Assembly: GCF_018977255.1 (NCBI RefSeq)
Contig: NW_024704742.1
Span: 64,978,001-65,042,000, forward strand
Direction of reading: 5' to 3'
DNA length: 64,000 nucleotides
Origin: Callorhinchus milii
Lineage: Eukaryota
Position 1 is the stretch's first letter. Each line of letters begins with the position of its first letter. The notes under the pieces were generated by a model. That model did no database searches. It was not told the origin of the DNA and was given only the letters and a program-made list of their open reading frames with translations. A program made the translations under genes and the position numbers. Of this stretch, positions 26,756 to 38,494 are shown one piece after another.

Positions 26756-27335
26756 TGGAAGCTGAACTGGCTCCAAGATGACATCCCTGGCAATGGAATG
26801 TTGGAATCGAGCCGAGCCCACCGTGGCGGCCTCTGTAGTCCGGTTCCTGAGCCAGACACATCTGCAGTATTCCAGGACACTGCTGATGGCAGCGTGGCCA
26901 GCCTGGCTCAATGGCAGGACCTGGAAGAGTACACCAGTAACTGGAGACAGAATCACCCCCACTCAGCTCCTGATAACCCTGCAAGCCAAAGCCCTAATAG
27001 GTAGGCTGGACCCAGCTGGACAAGCGGTGGGAAAGCTTGCCAGATAATCAATGGCAAGCTATACGGTTTTAGCTGGTTAGACTCCGGCAGTTACCCCAAC
27101 TCTGGGGTCCCCAAGCCTTGGCTCGTGCCAACCTGCGCCTAATACCTTCCAGAATTAGGTAAACAGGATAAGTCCCTCCAGGGAGAGAGTGCGCATTCCA
27201 TCCCAACAATCTATCTCAGGGATTTCCATGTGTAGGTGGGATGCAGGGAAATCTCAGTTTAGTTTGGATACTCTTAAGCATGGGGATGGGTTTCCGCATG
27301 GGTCAGACCAAATTTGGCTGACCAAATTAAAAAAA
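26756..27335 (+). mobile_element. Unclassified poly(A)-tailed dispersed repeat (about 580 bp)
   Basis: Homologous copies at about 603-680, 5135-5305, 12085-12680, 19572-19820, 22228-22395, 32462-32750, 40374-40890, 53274-53690 and 58900-59180. Most share the 3' end cttaagcatggggatgggtttccgcatgtgtcagacacccggctgacc followed by an A-rich tract. Confidence 0.8.
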
Positions 27336-28058
27336 GCACTAGGAATTGAGACGGTTATTCTCCTCTTTACTGTCTCCAAGGCCTGGGCAGTCCCTTTATT
27401 ATTTGAGCAATAGATTGAATCAGGGGTTCCCAGATGACTGATCACAGTTCAGAACCAAATTTGTCACTGTTTTTCCTGTGTGTGAGGATAAATAGAGAAA
27501 AAAAATTGTCTGGTTCGTAAACTGACTAGGGGCATATCTTCAAGATTATTACTGGAAGTGTAAAGAGGGAAGTGAGATGGTTTTCGTTTGCACAAAGGGA
27601 TATTAGTTTGTGAATCATTACAATAAGTGGCTATTGAATCAGAGTCAAACATGTCACCTTAAAGGAATTCATGGGTTCGGACTTTGCCCACAATACATAC
27701 AGTCAATTCACTTTACAGTATATTCTATGAAGCACTTTAAGATGTTTCGAAGATGTTATAAGTCGCTATATCAAATGCAAGGATTATTATTTGAGGACAT
27801 TATCTATGCTGACACTCCAGTGCAGTCCTGGGGGAGTCTGTGCATTGTGCTATTCTTTGAATGAAGTGTTAAACTGAGGCCTCATCTGCCTGTTCAGGTG
27901 GACATTAAAAATCCCATGGTGCTATTCGAAAAGAGAAGGGATTTCTCCTGATCAACAATCTCTCAGATAAGATTGATCTTTCATGTTATGACCTTGTGCA
28001 AATTGAGACTTTTCAATGTTATAGGTGATATATCAAATGCAAGGGTTATTAATTCTTG

Positions 28059-28296
28059 TAATAAATAAATAAATAAACAAATAAACAAATAAACAAATAA
28101 ACAAATAAACAAACAAACAAACAAACAAATAAATGAATGAATGAATGAACGAACAAACAAACAAACAAACAAACAAACAGACAAACAAACAAACAAATAA
28201 ATAAACAAACAAATAAACAAATAAACAAATAAACAAATAAACAAATAAATAAATGCGTAAGTAAGTAAGTAAGTGAGTAAGTGAGTAATCAATCAA
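28059..28296. repeat. Compound tetranucleotide microsatellite (AAAT/AAAC/GAAT/GTAA/AATC)
   Basis: Directly visible, lying between two tail-to-tail SINE ends. Confidence 0.97.
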
Positions 28297-29218
28297 TCCT
28301 TGCATTTTTGGAGGTGCTTTTTATATCAGGAAGACTTCTTAAAGCATTTCACAGGATTTACTGTAATATGTAGTGACTGTATTTTGTAGGTGGATGCAAC
28401 AGCATTTATGAACAGAAATGTCATAGCGACAGTGAGTGACCAATTTTATTTGAGGGATTGTTGTCCGGGACACCAGGAGACACTCCCTTCTTTTTTCAAA
28501 TAGTGCCTTGGGATTTTTAACATCCATCTGAACTGGCAGTTTAACATCTCATGTGGAGTACGGCACCTCCAACAACATAGCATATCCCCAACACTGTACT
28601 GGAGTGTCAGTCCATACTATGCGAGTTCAGAGTCCTGACCTGAGACTCAAACCCCAAATCTTCTGACTCAGAGGCAAGAGTGCTACCAACTGAGGCAGAC
28701 AAGACCCAACCTGTTAGATCAAATGGATTCCTTCTCTGCTGAGTATTATCTAATTCTATTAACAATTATATTGTATAAGATTACAGTAAAATAACACAAA
28801 ATGCAAATTTCCAAATATCCTCTCTGACTGAAGTAACTAGTCCAGAGCAGGTTGAATTTATAATAATAATCCTTGCATTTGATATAGCATTTTATCACAT
28901 CATTGAGACGTCTCAAAGTGCTTCACAAAATATACTGTCAAGTGAATTGACTGTGTATTTTGTGGATGAAACGGGGCAGGGTTAACTGGAGCTGAGTGGG
29001 ATAATTCCCTATCCCTAGTGACTGGTCTGCCCTTCCAAGTCCTGCTGGTTGTTTCAGCGCCTTGGGACGTCCTCCCGACTTGAAAGGTGCTCTATAAATG
29101 TGATTTTGTTGTGTTGTTGTTGTTGTCAGCAGTGTCCTGGACACAATTTGGAAAACTCAAGGCTATTAAACTCAGTATTGTCTAAAATCACATACTCATA
29201 CTAATCACAAGTGAATGT

Positions 29219-29628
29219 ACAACAACAACAACAAGATTTCATTTATAGAGCGCCTTTCACGTCGGGAGGACGTCCCAAGGCGCTGGACAGTTGGGTCAAG
29301 ACCCGAGCAGGGGGGGAAATGGTCAGGGTGAGGGGAGGGAAGGGAGGGAGCGAGCGAGGAGGGGGAAATGGTCAGGGTGAGGGGAGGGAGGGAGTGAGGA
29401 GGGGGTAGAGAGTCGAGAGGGGAGTTGAAGGCACGGTCAAAGAGAAAGGTCTTGAGACCGGCCTTGAAGGAGGAAAGGGAGGAAGCGGCGAAGGCACTGG
29501 GGGATGGAGTTCCAGAGCCTCGGGGCTGAGAGGCTGAAGGCCCGGCCACCGATGGTAGGGCAGTTGGGGCGGGGGATGTGGAGCAGACCGGAGCCAGAGG
29601 AACGGAGGGTACGGGCAGGTAGGTAGAA
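29219..29628 (-). mobile_element. Young L2 3' fragment (near-identical shorter copy at 19177-19402)
   Basis: (CAA)n tail. Both copies share the duplicated unit atggtcagggtgagggga. Confidence 0.88.
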
Positions 29629-30399
29629 TGTAAAATGTATCTAGCTGTTGTTTAATAGAACCTTCCCCCTTGGTGGAGAAATAAGAACGGGGAAGGTGTG
29701 TTTGTATTGTATTGAGATCTTTTACTACACCAGGAAGCTGCATCAATTGCAACAGGCAGAAAATCCCAAAAGTTTCCTGGTTCTATGGAGTCGCAGTGAT
29801 GAAAATTCACCTTTGACTCTATCATTGCATTGTCATCAGATGTTACAAATCTCAAACTTCCCAACATGATCTACCTGGGTGGGGGGTTTGAATGACTCCA
29901 TGTCTGCTGATCAGTAATATCCCCCTAACTGTCTCCAAAACTTCCTTCATGTGTGAAAATGATGTGCCTTCCCAGTCAATTGACCTAGAATAATTTTGAG
30001 TACTTACACTATATGTAAGCATTCATAATAATCCTTGCATTTAATATAGCGCCTTATCACGGTGTTGAGACGTCTGAATGCTCTTCACAGAATATATTGT
30101 AAACTGGATTAACTGTGTATTTTGTGGGCAAAATGTGACAGCCAATTGTGCACAGCAGTGGCCCACAAACAATCGTGGATTGAGTAACCAATTTTTTTTA
30201 GGGATTATTACCCCAGGAGAGAAATCCACTGATTGACCAACAAACCGGATTCCTACTTACTGCTAGGTAAACAAAAGAGTTTGGAGTAAGGAAACTTGCG
30301 TCATGTTTCACGGAGTCTGGCTGAATGAGTCTGTAGCACTCTGGCCTGCGAGTCAGAAGGTTGTGGATTATTCAAAGTCTATATTAGGGCAGTTCAGGC

Positions 30400-31242
30400 T
30401 GTATCCAGCCAGATTTCCCAGTAAGAGAACATAAACTTGCTTCCTAGCCTGCACCATTAAACAAGCAGGAAGAGGCAGGCTTATCTATGTAGGTGTGGCG
30501 GCCCTCTGCTGGTTTCTGTTTGCCTGACAAAGCTCAAAGCTTCCAGAAAACAAAACTAAACTTTTTATACACACTCACACAAAAGTTGGACTTCAGTTCC
30601 CTGAGCCATGGCTGCCTCTTTTTAGGTATCTTTTTGATATTATTATTACCAGAACAAGAAGGAAAAGTGCTGGGACAATAAGAGATCCTGGCAAGCGCGT
30701 ATGTGTGTGAAGAAAGTACATAAAAACTCCGCAGTGTGTGTGTGTGTGTGTGTGGGGCTGAGGGGGAAGCCCCGAGAGGAAATTCCCTTGTGCGTGAAAT
30801 AGGTTGATTTGGAAATGTTAGCAATGTGAAATGAAGACATTTCTGGTCGGTGCAGCACGAGTGTGTTTCACATTTACTGCTCACTCCTTTGCATATATCC
30901 TGTCGTGTCCCTTCAAACTGCTATTTAGCCACAAACAATAACTTATTGGGTCGAGAGCCAGAGAGATACCCTCCCAAGAGCTGGAGCTGGAGCTGACAAC
31001 ATTGGGAACAAGTTTTGGAGACATTTCATCACTATGTCCAGGCTGTGATCGCTTTTTTTAAATTATTTCTTATCATATTATTATTATTAATTATTATTGT
31101 TTTTTTTGTGTGTGGGTTTTTTTTTGGCTTTCTTTAAAGTTTTTAAACTTTTTTTTTGTAAAACCCACTCCAACCCCAACCCAGTCTAGCCCGCCACACA
31201 CGCTTTTATACAAAGTCTTTTAATAATTGGTCCCAGCCAAAG
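30400..31242 (+). promoter_or_regulatory. Probable TNIP2 promoter/5' UTR region with tandem NF-kB sites
   Basis: Unique sequence upstream of the ATG. GGGAAGCCCC at 30764-30773 and GGAAATTCCC at 30778-30787, a (GT)n tract, and a CTCF-like motif at 30498-30514. Confidence 0.6.
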
Positions 31243-31638
31243 ATGTCCTCGAAAAAGAGCAGCGACAGCCCGGCTCGGAGGGTGGCGAATTACAACGTGG
31301 TGGAAGAGCTGGTGGAGAGACTGCAGAAAGAGAACAGGAGCTTAAAAGGAATCTTGAGAGGTCAGACCACCATCAACACGTTTTATCACGAAGCCAGGCA
31401 GGAACTGGGGCACCTTGCCCACCAGGTAGCTGTTAAGGACAGCTTGATCAAGGAGCTGAGGGCTCGCCTGGAGCTTTACGAACAGAAAGCCACCTGTAAC
31501 CCCCAGGACTCAGCCCTACCCTGTGCACTGCCCTCCAGGTCTCTGCTGGACAGTCTTCTGCAGCAGATCAGCAGGCTGAAACAGCAGCTCACAGACTGCC
31601 AGAGCGACTGGAGGCAAGACAGAGACAAACTGGTGCAG
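31243..31638 (+). CDS. TNIP2: TNIP2/ABIN-2 coding exon 1 (132 codons, N-terminal coiled coil)
   Basis: ATG at 31243 (aagATGt). Coiled-coil-like peptide MSSKK...DKLVQ. Strong donor CAG|GTAAGC after 31638, phase 0. Confidence 0.9.
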
Positions 31639-33156
31639 GTAAGCAAATCGTCTTCTCATTTCCAATACATTTCATTAGAATATACAGCACAGAAACAGGC
31701 CATTCGGCCCAACTGGTCTGTGCCAGTGTTTATGCTCCACGTGAGCCTCCTTCTGCCCTTTCCTCAACTAAGCTCTCAATGGTCTGGTTTTTGTTTTAAA
31801 AACAATTTTTTTTTTAAAACTAGAATATTACTCCTCATTCCATGTCTGTTTGGGGGAAACACTGCCATGTGTGTGCAAACTGGCTGCCGTGTTTCGCCAC
31901 ACAAAAATCCACAGTCACGCTACATTACAGTATAATCTGTGAAGCGCCTTGACATGTCTCAACGACCTGATAAGGCGCCATATCAAATGCAAAGATTATT
32001 ATTAACGATAATGATTTTGGACAGCGCCTTTCATGTCGGGAGGACATCCAAAGCACTTCGCAGGATGTACCATAAAGTGGTGTGACTGGGTGTTTTTGGG
32101 GGCAATCACGGTGGCCAGTTTGCTCACTGCAGTGTCTCAGAAACAGCCGTGAAGCGAATTAACATTCTTTTATTATCGGGGGTGGGGGGCGGTGGGATCA
32201 TTGGCGAGGCAGGGCACTGGGAGAAATTCTGTTATCACGGGGGCTTTTAACATCCATCTGAACAGGGAGTCAATCGGGTCCTCGATTTAACGTCTCATCC
32301 GACTGACCCCATCTCCAACAGTGCAGCACACGCCCAGCATTGCATTGGAGTGTTAACTTCCTTTAGACTATATGAGTTCCAAGTCCCGATGTGGTGGTTA
32401 ACCCTCAACCTGATAACTTTACAACTACATAGTCTGTTCCGTATGTGCATGGAGTTCTTCATTTTTTGTTGGCCAGCCGGATGTCTGACACATGTCGAAA
32501 CCTATTGCCATGCTTAAGAATATCCAAACCATGGTTTCATGCATGTCACCTCCACGTGGAAATTTAGACGTTTGGAATGGAATGTGCCTTCGCTCCCCAG
32601 AGGGAGACAACTTGCTTACTTAATCCTGGGAGAGTTTTAGGCACAGTTTGGCCAAGGGCTTGGAGACCCCAGAGTGCTATGTCCTGTTAGGGCTTTGGCT
32701 TGCAGGGTTAACAGAAGCTGAGTGGGAAGAATGCCTCCCCCCAGTCTGCCTGTTAGAGGCGTACTGATGAGCCAAGTTGGCTGGTCTGTCATAAGCAGTA
32801 ACTAAGGTATTGCAACTTGAAAAGGCAAACAAATGTGAATTTACTGCATCTTTCTCTTGAGATTGTGTCAAAGAAATAGAAATTTAAAGCGTTCCAGGAC
32901 ACTACCCTTCATAAAAGGCGCTATATAAATGTAAGTTGTTGTTGAATCAAGATTCGAAACGTGGTTGCACAAGTTCCCTTGATCCAAGCTGTTAAATCGA
33001 CAATATTAGACGGTTTTGGGGACTCTGGGGGAATATTTCGGTATTTCCCATAGTGACGGCTATGACCAAAAAGAAGTGCGTGTCAAGGGGGTGGAATTGG
33101 TCTCTTTTATTCCGAGGGTTTCGGAGTCAGGTCCCAGTTGACTTGCCCCTGAAGCC

Positions 33157-33200
33157 GGTCTGAGTCACGGATGCGATTAGAAGTGTGAGTGACTCAGACC
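33157..33200. promoter_or_regulatory. Inverted pair of AP-1 sites in TNIP2 intron 1
   Basis: GGTCTGAGTCAC-N20-GTGACTCAGACC; perfect 12-bp inverted arms, each containing TGA(G/C)TCA. Confidence 0.45.
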
Positions 33201-36200
33201 AGTTGCTAGTCCGTGACATCTCGGTTTAACTGTGCACAAACTGAGACGTGAGATTATGAGCTTCACACGCTACCTCACATGCTACCTATGGCACCGGATG
33301 TCATCGGGGAAGGTTCACAATACATCTCAAATGTGATCTGCGTCACAATGCTAGTTCATCACTTCTGGACGATTGTCTTTCCTATTGTAGATATTGGGTG
33401 GCTGTTTGAAGGTTGTCAGCACGTATTTATTGTCTATTATAGCTGCGTACTGGAGCACAGATTAATACAAGAGTATAATTATAATAGTATAATAATCCTT
33501 GCATTTGGTATAGCGCCTTATATTGTTGAGACGTTGCAGTGTTTCACAGTATATACTGTAAAGTGAATTGACTGTATATTTTGTAGACGAAAATCGGTAG
33601 TCCAATTGCACACAGCAGTGTTTCATAAACAGTCCACAAATTGAGTGACCAAATTATTATTATTTATTTATTTTGAGGAATTATTACTCTTGGAAAGCGA
33701 TCTGCCAATCGAGTAACTACCGGGTTCCTACTTACTGTTAGGTAAACAGTGGCGTGTAGAGTATGGAAACTTGTCTAAGGTTTCATCCTGCCCAGGAATG
33801 GAACCCAGGTCATCTCATTTGCGAGGCGACTGCTTTAACCAATACTCTATATAATTCACAACAATAACACATTTTTGCAGCAGGTTATGCTTTTAACCCA
33901 TGCCAGTATAACAACAGAATTAAAGACAAAGACTACCTATTGGATTAAACATTGACCCAGGACTTGTCCCAATTAGATTTAACGTTGTTTCTCCACTCCA
34001 GCCTCCCAGGTTTGTGGCGGATCACAGCACAGGCCTCTGGCTTTGTGACCCATTTCTTTCACTGCTGAGCAAAGTCTTTGGTTATCCATGAACATCAAAG
34101 ATCCCTATTGGCACAATTGGGAAAGAGTAAGGAGTTTCTCTCGGTGTCCGGGGCAACAATGCCCAGGTAAATTAGCCATTTACTTCAAGGCTGTTTGTGG
34201 GACATTGCTTTGCGTTAATTCGCTGCCAGGTTCGCCTAGACACACACAGTCACTACATTTTATGGTATATCCTGTGAAGTGCTATGAAATGTCCTCCTGA
34301 AGTGAAAAGTGCTCCATTACATGTAAGGATTGTTATTATTTATAACCAGCACATCGACCTACCACATTGACAACAATCACAGTCTTCAGATAAACCCTTG
34401 AAATTACATAGCAACAGTAAAGCAGCAAAATCAAATTACCAAAACAAACTTTTATAAAATCCTGTTTTTAAAAACATACCAGTGCTCAATGGAAGTAAAT
34501 GTGTATGGACTGCAGTAGTTATATAAGGGGATAAAGGGAAATGTACATTTAGAATACTTTCTACACGTTAAGCAATGGGCTATTCTTTAGTAAAAGGAAC
34601 AACCCAGTCACTAGATGGACCTGAGTGTCAATCCCTATGAACTGCTTGTAACCTCGGCTCCTTCAAGGCCTGCCTCAAGTCCTCGCTCTTTGAGTACACT
34701 TTCGATCCTCTGCCAAATCTGCACTGTCCAGTACCTTGGGAAATGCGCCCAACATAAAAGGCGCTAGATAAATGTAAAATAATTAAAGGATTAATCAAAG
34801 ACTACAGAATCATCTGGAAAGTCTACTTTTCCCTTTAAATCACACAGAGTTTTTTTTGTAAATACACAGTGACTCAATGAGAAGTATTGATTAATAGGAC
34901 TTGCATTTTGTGGTGCCGCAGATGTTGCAATCTACAAAGCATTGTCAAGCGTAGTGACTGTTATAAGTGAATGTGATAGCCATTTTGCATGCAAGAGGGC
35001 CACGAGCTAACTGATGGATGCATTTGGAAGATAGTTGGCCAGGATACTGAGAAAAACTCCCTTTCCTTTATGAATAGTTTCACAGGAAACAATTTATGAA
35101 GGAAAGAGTCTCACCAATAGGAAAAGGCTTCTGCATACTGTATATTCTGGCTGTTGCTAAGGTGGACGATTGCACGTTTGACTACGAAAAGAGTCATGAC
35201 ATTTGACAGTAATATTATTAATAATAATAATCTTTGAATTTAGTGTAGGGTCTTTCAAGAGGTGGAAGTCCCAAAGCTCTTCACAGGATTTACTGTGCTG
35301 TGGAGTGACCTTGTGTTGTAGGCGAACGCAATTGTGCACAGCAACGTCCCACAAACAGCCAAGAAAATCAATTGACCAATTATATTGGGGGAATGTTGGT
35401 CAGGATATTGGGAGAAACTCCCTTCTCTGACAGTAATTGCATGTGAAGCTCTTTCAGACATTTCAACATGATAAAGTGCTGTTAAATACATTTTTGTTTT
35501 TTAAACTCGGTCCTCATAACTTGACTAATAATAATAATCCTTGCATAGCACTTTATCACATTGTTGAGACATCTCAAAGTGCTTCACTGTAAAGTGAATT
35601 GACTGCATTTTGTGGGCAAAATGCAGCAGCCAATTGCACACAGCAGTGTCCCACAAACAGTCGTGGATTGAGTGATCAAATTTACACTAAAAGAGAACTC
35701 AGAAAAGCCTCTGGCCTCTCCCTCTGACATTACTTATTGCTCAATTGCACAATTGCATAATGTTAGTTAGATAATTAGTCATTACAACCGGGCTGGTTAT
35801 AGCCTGCACCCACCACATCACAGGCTGTTATAGCCTGCACCCAACATGCCATTGCACTCTCCTCCCTGCAATCATTCTGCCATTCGACACTTCCTATGCA
35901 GCTGTCCTAGCCCGTAGCTTTGCTCTTCTAGCTGGGATCAATTCCATCACCAGTTGAAGCAGTTTGTAACTGTCAATGACATCTCACTCTGACACTGTTG
36001 CTGTACCCATGATCACTTTTTATTGTTTCAGTGTGGATCCCTGTGTCCCAACTGATTTCCATCACTTTCCTTGAATATTTAATTGGAAGTTTCAAATGCA
36101 AGGACTATTATTATTATTATTAAAACAGGCTGACAAATATAATAATAATTTAAGGATTTTCCAAAATTCTGCAACGATATCTTAAATTTTAAGGCCTTAA

Positions 36201-36869
36201 GGCTAAGAGCATGAGAATTTTTTTTTTTTGGCGGAGATATTGTTTATTATTGTTCAGTGCTGAGGATCTATAATTACGGGGAAACACGGAAGCCCAGGGA
36301 GATGCTGGTTAGGGAAGAGTGAGTCTCTGTTGTGCCAAGTGCTCTGAGACGCTACCCTGTGTGGAGGGCGCTGTATAAGTGCAAGCTGTTGTTATGATAA
36401 AGGCTGAGGTTAGTTGGAAGTTGCAGAATGCTACATCTGAGAAGAACATCCTGATCTGTCTTTCACAATCTGCTACTTTCCCAAATGAGTTTGTGGAATA
36501 TCCTGGAATATATACAACAGGTGAAGAAGCTACACGCGGAATGTTTTGGAGGTGGGGTGTTGTATTCTGTGTGTTAGCCAAAACCACTCCCTAACAGGCA
36601 TAGCAGCCACAGTTACATTACTACTGGTGCCCCCCCACCCACACACACAATTAGCTCTTGGGTGCTTACTCTAAGAATTCACATTGACTGTAGTAATCAT
36701 TTTGCGCAGAGTTGTGTAAAATTGGCTTTGTGACCAGAGTTGTTCTTTAAGGCACAGCGCTATGTTGTCAGCAGAGTCGCACTGTAGCATCTCTGTGCTT
36801 AGTGTCAGAAATACCAATGCTCCAATACCCACGTACACCCTATCCAGAGACTGGAGGAACTCGAGTCGC

Positions 36870-37185
36870 TGTTCCTATTTTCACTGGAACAGAGAAGGTT
36901 GAAAAGAGAGCTGATAGGGATGTTTAGAATTCTGATAAGAGTCGATAGGGAGAAATTGTTCCAATGGTTGATGAGTCAGTGATAAGAGGGCATTGATAGC
37001 AACAGAGGAGATTAGAAGATATTTTTTACACACAGAGCCTTGTTAGGATTTGGAAAGCACTATCAGGTGTGGTGGACACGGCCAGATCCACGTTTTCAAG
37101 AGGGAACAAGATGGATATCATAAAAGAAAGAGATTAATTTGAAGGGATGTGGAAAGAAAAGCAGGTAATAGGACTGAATGTTCTA
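36870..37185 (+). mobile_element. Old CR1 3' fragment (others at about 10170-10310, 31675-31760, 48880-49200, 59330-59440, 61700-61960)
   Basis: ctattttcactggaacagagaaggttgaaaagagagctgataggg...tttttacacagag, typical of the CR1 ORF2 C-terminus. Confidence 0.7.
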
Positions 37186-37534
37186 TCACAGAGAAATGCA
37201 GACCTTTGAATAAGATATTAAAACAAGGTCCCGTCTGCCTGTTCAGGTGGATGTCAAAGATCCTGTGGTGCTATTTGAAAAGAGAAGGGATTTTTTTCTC
37301 TCCCGTCCCCAGTGACCTGGTCAGCTAAATTAATCATTCACTTCCCCCAGCTGTTTGTGGGACATTGATGTGTGCAAATTAACGGTGGCGTTTGCCTACA
37401 AATGTACAGTGGCAACCCTTAGAGCAGTTACCTGTGAAACACTGAGCCTTCCGATGTTGTTGGCATCATAGTAAATGGAAAGGTTATTATTGTTGTTACT
37501 AATCATGCTGCTTCCTTTCCTTCCTTCCCGGCAG

Positions 37535-37843
37535 GAGGAGAAGCGACTTCAGCAACAACTGAGGGAGAAGGAGAGAGACATGCAACAGCTGATGAGCTGC
37601 CCGGAGCATGAGAAAGAAGCGGAGATCATGAAGCTGCGCCGGGCCATGAAGGAGAAAGAGCGTCTCCATGCCACCCGGGAAGTCTGGTGCCGGTCACTGA
37701 CGGATGAAACCGAAGAGCTGCGGGCACGCTTGGCGGGCACGGCAAAAATGTGCCAGCAGCTGGCTCTTCAATTAGAGGAGAAACAGCCAAAGAGGCAACA
37801 CTCAGCCCTGGAGGAACAGGTTTCCACAGAGCAACCCAATAAG
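37535..37843 (+). CDS. TNIP2: TNIP2 coding exon 2 (103 codons, coiled coil)
   Basis: Polypyrimidine tract and CAG acceptor ending 37534. Encodes EEKRLQQQL...LAGTAKMCQQLA...EQPNK. Donor AAG|GTACAA is weak; an alternative in-frame donor follows 37819. Confidence 0.88.
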
Positions 37844-38154
37844 GTACAATAAAGCAATGGTATTAAGGGAGGGTCAGCAGATTCAAGTGGAAATTAAATA
37901 TATTCTGTGAAGTCCTTCCCGACGTGAGCCTTGAACCCACAGTCTTCTGACTGAGAGGAGCTAGCACTACTGCTGCGCCAGGCTGACAAGCATTATATTC
38001 GCAAAATGGTATATTTCTATTGGAGGATCTTTCGCGTTTGAAGGATTTATGATGCAAATTATTGCAGAGGGTGCTTTAATGCTCTTCGGTGGGTTAGGTG
38101 AGCTGTCCCTTTCCAGAATGTAGTGGGTGCCGTCCCATTCCCCCTGCATTATCT

Positions 38155-38290
38155 ATCCACAGATTCCTACCCCACACTACCCACCCACAGTCACCCCCAA
38201 CACCAGCCTCCCACAGACACCCCCCACCCACAGACGCTTCCCCACACTACTCACTCACTTCTCCCAACACTACCCACCCACAGACTGCCC
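38155..38290. repeat. Degenerate C/A-rich minisatellite
   Basis: Recurring acactacccacccacag units. Confidence 0.7.
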
Positions 38291-38484
38291 CTCCATGAGA
38301 GATCCAGCCCCTATGAATCCCTATATCAACAGCATTCCCTGTCCCCCGTATATCTGCACACACACTGACACAGAGATCAACAGAACAAGTCTTTCCAGTG
38401 AATTGGCGTCTTGAGTTGTTGCGTCATTGATACACTTTATGAAGAGTGGAGTTTCCAACTCTCAGTATTGATTTGATTAATGCC

Positions 38485-38494
38485 GGGACTTTCC
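38485..38494 (+). promoter_or_regulatory. Canonical NF-kB site in TNIP2 intron 2
   Basis: Exact GGGACTTTCC, with a near-match TGGAGTTTCC at 38447-38456, in non-repeat sequence. Confidence 0.45.

Noticed and set aside
26727..27047. Overlapping ORFs within the poly(A)-tailed repeat
   Set aside because: No recognisable motifs, and the reading frames are not preserved in the other copies.
27981..28305. Hydrophobic ORFs rich in L/F/I/C/V/Y
   Set aside because: Translation of a tetranucleotide microsatellite.
31639..31935. C-terminal part of the 230-aa ORF 31243..31935
   Set aside because: Read-through past a consensus donor (CAG|GTAAGC) into intronic CR1-tail and SINE sequence.
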